Source: Eutreptiella sp. 'Long Island Sound 2002' (lineage: Eukaryota > Protista > Euglenida). Taken from it: 64,000 nucleotides of DNA. Under the pieces are notes generated by a model. The model was not told the origin of the DNA. It did not search any database and was given only the letters and a program-made list of their open reading frames with translations. Positions 50,465-61,199 of the stretch are shown piece after piece; within the stretch, counting starts at the first letter, position 1, and each line of letters opens with the position of its first letter. The translations under genes and the position numbers were made by a program. The stretch is taken from positions 79,422,001 to 79,486,000 of the forward strand of contig OZ038378.1 in assembly GCA_964036045.1 (NCBI GenBank), read 5' to 3'.

Positions 50465-51105
50465 CACCTCAAAGAGAGGTTGTTAGATCAAGCGCAGGCG
50501 CGGGCGTCGTATACCCCCCTTTTGGGGGGTCATTCGCGTAGCATACCCCAAGGCATGAATGATATTTGATGTCCAACCCCTTGTAACTCATTATTTTGCC
50601 CAATAAGACAATCCCCCAATGGACTTTTTGATTCTGAGGCCTCTATCCCCTGAAACTGGATATCACTTTTTTGAGGGGGGGTTGGGGGTCAAAGGTTTGT
50701 GCCCAGAAGGCTTCAAGCAGTGGGCACAATAAGTACTGCCAGAATAAGCAGCGGCTCAACAGTAATGCCGCCGACCGCGAACTTTTAGGTCAGCGCTCCG
50801 ATTCCTAGGGCCGACTTGTCAGCCCCGCCCCGGCGGTCGGCCGACCGGGGTTCGAACCGCCGACCCACACAGCTGCGGCCGAGTGCTTTACCACTCGACC
50901 GCTGTGCGTTCTGCAGTAGTTGTTCTCCCAACTGCTTGAAGCTGAGTCTCCCACTGGAAAAAAACCGACTGTGTGTTTCTGTCTGCCTGCCTGCTTGCCC
51001 GACTGACTGTCTGACTGACTGCTGGCCTGACTGCTGGCCTGACTAACTGACTGATTCGCTGACTGTCAGCCTCTCTTCGAGATGCACTGCCAAAGGCAAT
51101 AGAAT
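50465..51105 (+). mobile_element. 641-bp complete member of a variant subfamily of the asymmetric-TIR/hairpin element
   Basis: Left CACCTCAAAGAGAGG (50465-50479) pairs with CCTCTCTTCGAGATG (51070-51084) at 13/15; hairpin TGCC-AAA-GGCA 51088-51098; ATAGAAT end. Confidence 0.75.
50836..50907 (-). other. tRNA-derived (SINE-head-like) Pol III A/B-box sequence; not an intact tRNA
   Basis: Minus strand GGTCGAGTGGTAAAGC (A-box-like) and GGTTCGAACCC (B box) at tRNA spacing; T-stem mispaired. Confidence 0.6.
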
Positions 51106-52814
51106 CACCTCGCAGAGGTTGTTAGATCAAAGTCAGGCAGGCGTACATAGGGGAAAATGCCACATACCCCCCCCCCTTTTGGGCCTTTTTGGGCCTCTTC
51201 GCGTACCCTACCCCAAGGGGTTGAATTGTTTGTTTAGCCCCTTGTAAAATCATTATTTTGTCCAATAAACACATCCCCCAATGAGTTTTTGGTCCGGACC
51301 CATCCAGACCCCCCCCCCCACTTGAAACCCACTTTTTGGGCTTTTGAGGGAGGGGGGGGGGGGTCAAAAATGTCGAAGAAATGACCCCCATTTTGTTTGG
51401 TCGAAAATCATGAATCTTTTGGGTTTTTTTCGATTTTGAGCCGAAAAAGTGTTTCCGGGTCCCGACTCCATGGGGTTTGTATGGGGCGGAGTGGGACGAG
51501 CACTCTGCGGTTTTATTATGCACTTTTCAGCCATTTTTACGATGTACACAACCTGCTTATGCAGCTTTTCACCCTGGGCAGCTCAAAAATCAAAGTTCTC
51601 GAGACTCATTTTTTTTGATACCGTAATCACCTAAAATGACCATCCAAGGCATGTAAACGATGTTTTAGGCCATATTCATGTGTTTTTCACCCTATTTGGG
51701 TACTGGGGCGCGGGGGGGGGGGGGGGGGCTCCCAAGGGAATGGTACACAACCTGCTTATGCAGTTTTTCTGACCAGACAACTCAAAAACCCAAGTCGCCG
51801 AAACTCAATTTTTTGATCCTCTGATCACCTAAAAAATGACCATCCAAGCTATGTAAACCATGTTTTGGGCCGTATTCATGTGTTTTTCACCCTATTTGCG
51901 ATTGGGCGCGGGGGGGGGGGGTCAAACGGGATTGGTACATAGCCTATACAGCTCTAAATTCCAAGTTTTTGAAACTTTTTTTTGATATCACCTAAAATGA
52001 CCATCCAAGATATGTAAAGCCAGGCAGGCGTATATAGGGGAAAATGCCACATACCCCCCCATTTTGGCCTTTTTGGGGCTATTCGCGTACCCTACCCCAA
52101 GGGGTTGAATTGTTTGTTTAGCCCCTTGTAAAATCATTATTTTGTCCAATAAACGCATCCCCCAATGAGTTTTTGGTCCGGACCCATCCAGACCCCCCCC
52201 CCCACTTGAAACCCACTTTTTTGAGGTTTTGAGGGAGGTGGGGGGGGGGTGGGGGGGGGTCAAAAATGTCACAAAAATGACCCCCTTTTTTTTGGGTCGA
52301 AAATCATGAATCTCTTGGTTTTTTTCGATTTTGAGCCGAAAAAGTGTTTCCAGGTCCCAACTCCATGGGGCTTGTATGGGGCGGAGTGGGACGAGCGCCA
52401 ATGCAGTTTATGTACTTTTCAACCATTTTTGCCATGTTGGCGGTGTTGGCGACCTCAGTGACCCAGTGGTACCCACTCTGGGGGGTGTGAGTGGGGATGT
52501 TGTGACAGTATATGCCTACTAGGATACGAAAGGACATTTTTTGCAATCTCTAGCCTTGCTGAGAGCCGGTCACAACCCGTGCCAAGGACGCGAAATAACT
52601 GATTCCACCAATAATGGCCTAGTGAATGGGCCGGTACACAACCTGCTGATGCAATTTTTCACCCTGGACAGCTCAAAAATCGAACTTTTCGAATATTGTT
52701 TTTTTGATATTGTGACCACTCAATATGAGCATCCAAGGTATGTAAAGCATGTTTTAGCCCGTATTTACGTGTTTTTCACCCTATTTGGGTATTAGGTTCA
52801 GGGGGGGGGGGGGG

Positions 52815-53840
52815 CTGATAGTATCACCGAGTGTCAAGTCCGTTGTATGACAGGCAATCTGTATGCCCTGGGTGTAGCCATGGAACGCCGTGACGGCCAC
52901 GGAGAAATCTATGTGCATCCTTCGGCGATGACACCAGATTGGCGTTTAAAACAGGGAGCCCCACTGCAGTCCGCGTGGGCTGTGACGTTAGCAGACCTTT
53001 TCACAGGCGTGTTGATGAACTACCGTGTTTTCCTCACCACACGGGCTGAATTTCTGCTGTCTGCGGCAGCGTGGTTGCAAATCAGTATGTTATGCAGTCA
53101 CAATCGTGCAGTGGCTGTCCGAGCATGCCAAAAATCTATACATAGACTGTTGAGTTACACACCACACGATGGCGTGTTGAGCCAACGATGGATCACGTAC
53201 ATCTCTCATGAAATGCCTTGTAGCAAGATCACCGTACAATGCAAGCTATGGCAATGGCTGCGTGTTTATGCACAGTGGCACAACAACCAGTATGCTTCCT
53301 GGCACATACCCCACCATGGTCCCCATACAGATTGGTGTGGTGACCGGTGCTCCTGTTTTCATGCGTGCATGAGCCCCCCACCGGGGGGCGGGGGAGGAGG
53401 GGATCTGTTTGACGTTTTGAGACCCGAAGTATGTCCAAGAGACACCAATGTCGAATGTCCTGCAGTGCATCCGGGTAGTGAGCAATCATCCCATGTTTGA
53501 TCGCAGTCCTCACTTGACAGAGGGGATGTTGTCTGAACTACACCACAGTACGACAATGGTCTGATTTCAACGGTTCATAGCATGGCTGGCCCAGTCTGAG
53601 CGGGCATGCACGTCGTGCATTCGTCATGTGTGGCTGGCCCAGTCTGAGCGGGCAACAGTGCTTATTGCTGTGCAGGCCTGAGTGTTCACAATTCTGCAAC
53701 AGACTTTGGTGAAAGGCGCCTAGGGCCGGTCGCTCCGGTCCGTGATCAGCTTTGATCTCTTTTCTTTCGCTGTGCATGCTGGTGCCTGCGCAATCTCCTT
53801 GATTGCAATCATCACTTGACACAACCACGTGTCACCGCAC
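52815..53840 (+). other. 1026-bp insert in the G-run of a 197-bp unit, with a 217-aa ORF (52847-53500) of unknown nature
   Basis: Flanked by G14 and G6; the repeat unit resumes exactly after it; no recognised motif. Confidence 0.55.
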
Positions 53841-53844
53841 GGGG

Positions 53845-54995
53845 GGCTCCCAAGGGATTGGTACACAACCTGCTTATGTAGTTTTTCACTCTGGACAGCT
53901 CAAAAATCGAAGTTTTCGAATATTGTGTTTATGATATTGTGACCACTCAATATGAGCATCCAAGGTATGTAAAGCATGTTTTAGGCTGTATTTACCTGTT
54001 TTTCACCCTATTTGGGTATTAGGTTCAGGGGGGAGGGGGGGGTCTCCCAAAGGATTGGTACACAACCTGCTTATGTAGTTTTTCACTCTGGTCAGCTCAA
54101 AAATTGAAGTTTTCGAAACTTGTGTTTATGATATTGTGACCACTCAATATGAGCATCCAAGGTATGTAAAGCATGTTTTAGCCCGTATTTACGTGTTTTT
54201 CACCCTATTTGGGTATTAGGTTCAGGGGGGAGGGGGGGGTCTCCCAAGGGATTGGTACACAACCTGCTTATGCAATTTTTCACTCTGGACAGCTCAAAAA
54301 TCCAAGTTTTCGAATATTGTGTTTATGATATTGTGATCACCTAAAATGACCATCCAAGGTATGTAAAGCATGTTTTAGCCCGTATTTACGTGTTTTTCAC
54401 CCTATTTGGGGATTAGGTCCAGGGGCGGGGGGATCTCCCAAGGGATTGGTACACAACCTGCTTGTGTAGTTTTTCACTCTGGACAGCTCAAAAATCGAAG
54501 TTTTCGAAACTTGTGTTTATGATATTGTGACCACTCAATATGAGCATCCAAGGTATGTAAAGCATGTTTTAGCCCGTATTTACGTGTTTTTCACCCTATT
54601 TGGGTATTAGGTTCAGGGGGGAGGGGGGGGTCTCCCAAGAGATTGGTACACAACCTGCTTATGCAATTTTTCACTCTAGACAGCTCAAAAATCGAAGTTT
54701 TCGAAACTTGTTTTTCTGATATTGTGATCACCTAAAATGACCATCCAAGCTATGTAAAGCATGTTTTAGGCTGTATTTTCCTGTTTTTCACTCTATTTGG
54801 GTATTAGCTCCGGGGGGGGGGGGGGGGGCTCCCAAGGGATTGGTACACAACCTGCTTATGCTGTTTTTTACCCTGGCCAGCTCAAAAATCGAAGTTTTCG
54901 AAACTTATTTTTTTGATATCGTGATCACCTAAAATGATCATCCACAATATGTGAAGCATGTTTTAGCCCGTATTTATGTAGTTTTTACCCTATTT
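53845..54995 (+). repeat. ~197-bp tandem array (6 units; more at 51545-52015 and 52640-52814)
   Basis: ATTGGTACAC recurs at 53857, 54054, 54251, 54445, 54642 and 54839. Confidence 0.95.
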
Positions 54996-55212
54996 AGGGT
55001 GTGTGTGGCTTGGGGTAGATTCTCTGCGATGTGGGCTTGCCGAAGGCAATAGAATTTCAGTTTTCTCTAGAGGACAATTTTACTGACGTGGGTGGGTGGG
55101 TGGGTTGGCTAGAGCTGGCCAGGGCTGCCCTCATCCCGTTGTTCAGCAGTGCCCTGTTCCCAATGCTTTAAGGGGACATGGGATTGCGACGTGATATGCA
55201 TCTCCTTCGCAG

Positions 55213-55887
55213 CTCAATGGAGGCCCAAGTCGGCGCCCAAACAACCTGACCCAGATTTCAAGCAGTCCGATATGCCGATCCCGAGTCCCATGCGGCCTTT
55301 GCAGTGGGATCTGTACAAGATGGACGGCGAGAAGGTGTGTGGTGGTAGTGCACCATGGCGGTGCCATAAAGGGTTTTGAGTAATGTGTCTTTGTTCGTTT
55401 TGTCTTTCTTTCTCTTCCAGGACTGCGCACAGAGCCCCTGATCCTTTTGTTTGTAGGCCAGCGGTGCAATTTACGTGCTCGCATGCAGAAGGGTTTTGCT
55501 CTTGGATTGTGAGAAATTTTTTTCTGCGGCACCTGCAGTGCACCCGACGGCATGCCTGCGGCACGCCCAAAAGGGATTTTGCCAGGGAACAGTTCGAGAC
55601 GGAGGCAAGGGCAACATTGCAAGGAAGAGGGCAGACTCTGCAAGATTTTAAACCGAGACCCCACTGTGCACACATGCCCTCTGTGCCCTCTTTCCTGAAT
55701 TCCTCTCTGAGCCCTATGCAAACTCGTCTCTCTCTGCGTGCAGTTCTGGGTCTGCCTGGTTGCCAAGGAAGGTAAGTTTGTGCTGGACCCTGCCGAGTAC
55801 AAGAAGGCCCCTCAGAATTGGACCATGTCGCAGCAGTCCACAGAGGCGATCTTCAATGCCTACAATTCCAGCTACCAGACCGCGATG
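55213..55887 (+). CDS. Host gene exons 55213-55334 and 55744-55887
   Basis: TTCGCAG|QWRPKSAPKQPDPDF..LYKMDGEK|GTGTGT; GTGCAG|FWVCLVAKEGKFVLDPAEYKKAPQNW..YQTAM|GTATTC; phase-0 join. The link to the 46956 exon is not resolved. Confidence 0.75.
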
Positions 55888-56199
55888 GTATTCCGTCCTG
55901 CTCCAGTGTGTGTGCCACGTTAGCAGTAGCATGATCTCTACAATCCGTGTTTGTGACATATGGCATTGCTGCAGATGACGTAGCAGTCAATCACAGCAGA
56001 GCCCCCCGACTGTCCTCAACACTGCTTCTTGAACACTCAAGCCTCCTCGAAGCATGCCCCCTCCCCCATGCTATACAACACCCCTACGCCCTCACGGCTT
56101 TCATCCACTGTGGTACTGTTTGCCCAGAGTGTGTGAAACGCGAGCCTTGGTCCATGCCAATGGTTCTCGGGGCCACGTGCTGCACGTCCTGAGCTGTAT

Positions 56200-57170
56200 C
56201 ATTGTCCAGGGATGACTGAGATGGGTATCCCATAAGAAAAGAGTGGCACAATGATGGCCTGTGTGGGAACAGGTGACGGGTGTCATGAGTAGTGGCAGGT
56301 TCTGAGCGTACCCTTATTGCCTTACTGGGAAAGAAAGATCGTAGCGCACGGTGGGGATGCTCCAGGGTGCTGCAAAGCTCTGTTCCCTGGGCGAAGTCTC
56401 TTTCAGGTTTGCCGGAGGTTCCGCAGGATAAGCGCTTAAGTGGCCAAAAGGGGGGTCTGCCTTCCCTTTTCGCAGTCACGGTATTCACACAGAGAGGATG
56501 TTTCAGGCTGCGGCTGTTGTTGATGCCTGTAGGCATGGTGCATCACACAACTGGTGCCAACTGCAGGGCTCCAAGTTTGCGGGAGCTGCTGGAGACAGAC
56601 CAGACCTCCAACAAACGAGCAAGTGTCACGGAAAAGCATTCAGCTTCTTTGAGTAAAGGCGCAACCCTCTGACATTGGTGCACTGATGCTAGCATTGGGA
56701 CTGCAACCCATTTGATGTGTAGCTCCTCAAGCTCTACACCTATTTTCAAGCACTCAAAGGATGAACCCAGATGAAGCGCACACCAAGCAGGTGAAAAAGC
56801 AAAAGCTCTCCAAAGCAATGGCGATCATTTTCGAGTGAAGACAATACTGAAGAGTCCAAATGTGAAATGGTCAGATCCAAGCACCAGAAAGGGGTTGCAC
56901 TGGGCCAAATGTGTGTTCAGCAGTCAGCGTTCAGCAGTAAGCATTGACCACCGCGTGTCAAGGCACCTGCGATGCACCGCACCAAACCTGTCAGATGCAT
57001 ACATCTGCGAGGATCGTGGAGCGACACGGGCTGATGGCAGCACACACGACATGCAGAATTTCGGGGGTGGATCGGAACTGGCCAGAAGCGACTGGTATCC
57101 AGGGGAACGGTTTGTACCAGCAGTGAGAGCAGTGCGGGAAAGCATTTGATTGAGAGGTGGCGATATTTGA
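56200..57170 (+). mobile_element. Possible decayed non-LTR retroelement fragment
   Basis: Only RLSGQKGGLPSL, weakly resembling the RT thumb GGLGLPSL motif. Confidence 0.25.
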
Positions 57171-57639
57171 CCCCGCATGTGTGGTGGCGTTGTGTATTTT
57201 ATCCCTGATGGTGGCACTTTGGGGTGTCGTTCGTTTTTCGTGAATGTCAGTATTAGTGTGCGTTTGAGTCCGTGGTTTGTGTGTTTTACTTTGCATTGTT
57301 GTGCGTATGGAAGATTTTTCTGCGTTGCTTGTGCGTGTGTGTGTGTGTGCGTGCGTGCGGGTGTGCGTGCGTGTTTTTTTGTTGCATGTCTCGTTGTTGT
57401 TGGTGTCCTTGGTGGCGTTTGGGTACTGTTTGTTTGATTTGGCCTGGGTGTGCCTTTGTTCGTGTCTTGTCCGTTCACATTCGTGTTTGGTGTATGGTGT
57501 GGATTTCGTGTGTGTTTTGGCCCTTGTGCACGGTGACTGCGTTGGGTCCTTGCGGAACCACTTCGCGGTTGTACACATGGCATGCACGTGGCGAGTCTCG
57601 GTGCGCTGTACACCGAAACCTCTACTTGCATCTGCGCAG

Positions 57640-60600
57640 CGCCGCAAGGGCCTGAACAAGTTGAATTCGTACTGGCAAAAGGAGATCAACGACATGAAGG
57701 GCATTTACTTGTCGCATTTGGATGAGCAGGTGGGCGGGCCCAAGGCGGTTGCCCTGAGGTATTGCACTGCAGGGGTGTGGATGCGACGCACAGCCTCCAA
57801 TGACAGCAGAGCAGCGATAGTGACAGTAGCTGTGCCAGAAGATCAAGCAGCAACGGCATCAGCAGCAGCAGTAGCAGCAACAGTACAAAGACCAATAACA
57901 CCAAGGGCACGCAAAACATCAAGTAAGGAGTAGAGCATAGCACAGAAAATATCAAAAATACGAAAAGCAGCAAATACCTAAAAGAAAAAAGGCAGAAAAC
58001 CACGAAAAGAAAACAATCAGCAGCAAAGCCAAGCAAGGGCAAGGAAGGGCAAGGGAACCCCAGGGGCCGCCGTTGTAACAATTCCCCGGGCAGGCTGGAG
58101 AATCAATCTTTCTGTACATTTTTGGCTTGATGAGACAACAATTAATGACTTTCATGTCTGTAGAAAGGTCACCTTTTGGGGCTGGGATGCCCGACCTGGG
58201 AGAGTGCCTTGGCTTCAATTTGACCTACAAAAAATGTGCCCCACGAACTATAAGACGGGGGGTCCGGGTGGGTCTGATCTTGTGGGGGCGGGGGGGCTTT
58301 TGTCCAAAATTAATACCCCCGTCCTATAAATGAGGCCTGCTGGCAGCCCCACTAAACCACTGAAAAGGTGGCCCTAGGAAGCAACAGCCCTCCCCTAAGA
58401 GTGTGTGCCCACTCCCCCTAGCACTCCCACCGCTCCCGAACAGTGGTCAGCCGCACGGCGATGCCCCAAATCCAGTGCGATAGAGAGCGCAGGGAGGTCA
58501 GTTGCGCTGCTGGAGGATTCCCACACGCTGATCAAGGGGGAAGGGGCCGGCCCCAGGCTGCAGTCGGAAGTATCAGTGCGAAGGGAAGACGAGGCGATTG
58601 TGAGCCCCAATAAATTCCCTCCAGCATCAATAGCAGGTCATACAAAAGACATGGCACTGGGCACTCGCGGTGCTGCACGGTACCCAAACCGCCTTTATGG
58701 AACCCCCGCAACGTGTATGGAACCCCATGCAACCCACCTCATCTGACCTTGAGCATGTCATCTGGTGCCGCAGGTTTGCACTGGGGTCGGTCTGAGGACC
58801 AGACGACAGGCGGATGGGGGAGATGGCAGCAAAGTTGTAAAGGTGGGTCGCCGCCGAGCATGCAGGGCACAAGGAGTGCTGAAGCAGTAGGTGGGGGGAG
58901 GAATTTCTGGCAGGGATAATTTCGTGGGAAAACTTCGTATTTCAGGAAGGTGGCGAACTTTTCCCCTGGCGACATTCAGGGGTGTCAGCATTGCAGCCAA
59001 GATGCCACTGGCACTGCATATTGAGGGTCCATAGTTTTTGGGCAAGTGTTTGGAACAGCAGATTCTCTCAGATGTTGTGAACTGGAACAACGAACAGTCT
59101 CAGCATGTTGGGATGGCTACCTGGACAGACAACTGCCAATTTTTTCCACAGGGAGGGGGGAAATTTTGTACAGGGATTATTTCGCCGGGGAAATTTCGTT
59201 GGTGGAAATTTCGCCACCCTTGGAAATCCCAAAGCTCCAACTGCAAGCCCATGCTCCGTTCAGAGGTAGAAAGAAGCAAATCAAAGTGCCACTCCACGCC
59301 AGGCGCTCAATGTGGCACTCAGTTTGATGGGCATAGCAAACCCCTCGCCGGTCCGTCCAGGGTGGGTGACAGCTGTGATGGCTCTGGGATGGAATTCTGT
59401 AGCAGATCCGCCAGAGGCCCCTCATGCCTGCCCCCCATGAAATCACGCTATTGAAGGAGACTCTTAGCCCTCAACCAGCACGGAGCATCGAGGCAACATT
59501 TTGGGGTCTGGTCGAACCTGGAAGTGGTGATCCTGCAAGTGCATGCCTCCTCCTCCGCAAGCAACCTGCCTGGTTGTGTGGCCCCTCATGTGTTGTGTGG
59601 GGTGTGTGGCGCGTGTGGTGTGATGTTGTGCCGGTTGCTGTGCATCCTGCGTCCACACGCCACGCCAGGAAGAAGGAGGAGCAGATCTTGGAACTGGAGG
59701 CAAAGGTCCAAGAGTTGGAAGCATCCCGTGATGACCTTGCTGCTCAGCTTGCAGAGAGCTCCCTGCTGCTGGCGGATAAGACCAGGGAGGTTTGGGTGCC
59801 CCGTGTTGTGCAAGTGTTCCTGAAAATTCATGCAGCTCTTGACTGCTGGCCTTCTTCGTGGAAGGTTCGTGCACTGGGACGGACCTTGCCGGAGGGAAGG
59901 GGCCTTTGCCAGTAGGCTGAGTCGAAGTCTGTCTTGTTGATGGAACATATCCACTGTGAGTATGTTGCGTGCATACCTCCGTACTCTGGGCCGCTGCCCC
60001 TCGACAAAAGGTGCCGTTGGAAGCTGCCCCTGGGCTTCCATACCTGATGGGATTGGGAAGTCATCAAGTGCTCGTTTCACTGCCCTCAACGAGGTTGAAC
60101 ACCCACACACACGCAGACATACACATACACAGACACCCACCCAACCCCTCCCACCCCCCTCACACACATTCAGACACACACGCACGCGCACACTCGAGTG
60201 TTCACCAGCCCGTCCCCTGTGCATACCCAGAAGCAGGCTGGTAGGCAGCGTTGGTGGTTTGCATTTTCATGTTGCAAACGTCAGGGCAAAGAATGCAGTG
60301 CAAATTTTACAAGCAGTTTAGAATTTTGGGCCCTGCCAATTTCATGCCAGCTCTCCGTACAGTACCCTCCATTTGCCGGTTGCTGACCTGGAGTTGATGG
60401 GTGAGCACAAAATGTATTGGCACAGCCTCCCTAACAACCCAGCATCACACCAAGATGCAATCTGTGGGCCAAACATTTGTTGCAGTGGTGAAGGAAACAT
60501 TTACCACATGCGGTGAGAATGCCTTACTCACGGTTTTGGGGGGATCTCTGTGTTCCATATTAAGTTGCAAATTTTTGAGACATTTGCGGAAATTTGGGGA

Positions 60601-60866
60601 GATCTGCGACACGAAATGATGTACTCCATTTGCGAATTACCCCCCTGCCCTGCGGTTTGGTGGCACAGGCCAAAGCATTTTGCGGTCTCCTTGTCGGTTT
60701 GGCTTCTTTGGTGTTCCTACCAAGTGTCACATGTACACTGAATGCCCATTTTTACCAGTTCCAAGATTTGAATCGTGATCTCAATGTTGAGCTTGCGGCC
60801 ATGACCCAGACCACACAGAGACTGAATCCCAAGGTGAAACAGGTAAAGGATGAGGATGTGGAAAAG
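57640..60866 (+). CDS. Host gene coiled-coil exons 57640-57729, 59673 (or 59669)-59789 and 60759-60866; no stop found, so the gene probably continues
   Basis: RRKGLNKLNSYWQKEINDMKGIYLSHLDEQ|KEEQILELEAKVQELEASRDDLAAQLAESSLLLADKTRE|FQDLNRDLNVELAAMTQTTQRLNPKVKQVKDEDVEK; GT-AG borders, phase 0. Confidence 0.8.
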
Positions 60867-61199
60867 GTGTGCCTGCAGATGGTAACTGTGCATGTGGCAT
60901 GACACTGGGTAAAGGTGAAGCTAGTGAATGAAACTCGCGGATGATGTTGAGTTCTTCGTAATTGTGTGGCGAATCGCACGAACACCCGAGTGCAGACCAT
61001 ACCGTGGTGTCATAAAGTGCCCGAAGAACTGTAGCTCAAACAAACAAACAGCTCAACTGCATTCTGATAAGTTTCTTCTTGTTTGTCCGGGATGTCTTCC
61101 TGACCCTGCAGGGTTGAATGCGCCAATCCCTATGCTGAATGCGCCAATCCCTATCCTCGCCGTCTGTAGCCACTCCTTTTTGTCATCATGTGTGTATGC

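Larger units (their letters stand above)
51106..55055 (+). mobile_element. ~3.95-kb composite asymmetric-TIR/hairpin element with internal tandem arrays and a captured insert
   Basis: Left CACCTCGCAGAG at 51106; right CTCTGCGATGTG 55022-55033, TGCC-GAA-GGCA 55038-55048, ATAGAAT 55049-55055; 5' module duplicated internally at about 52016-52640. Confidence 0.8.

Noticed and set aside
50836-50907. Functional tRNA gene
   Set aside because: T-stem and acceptor stem do not pair and there is no clear anticodon arm; kept only as a tRNA-derived sequence.
32389-60866. Euglenid nonconventional (non-GT-AG) introns
   Set aside because: All junctions I could assign are explained by GT-AG; none required a nonconventional intron.
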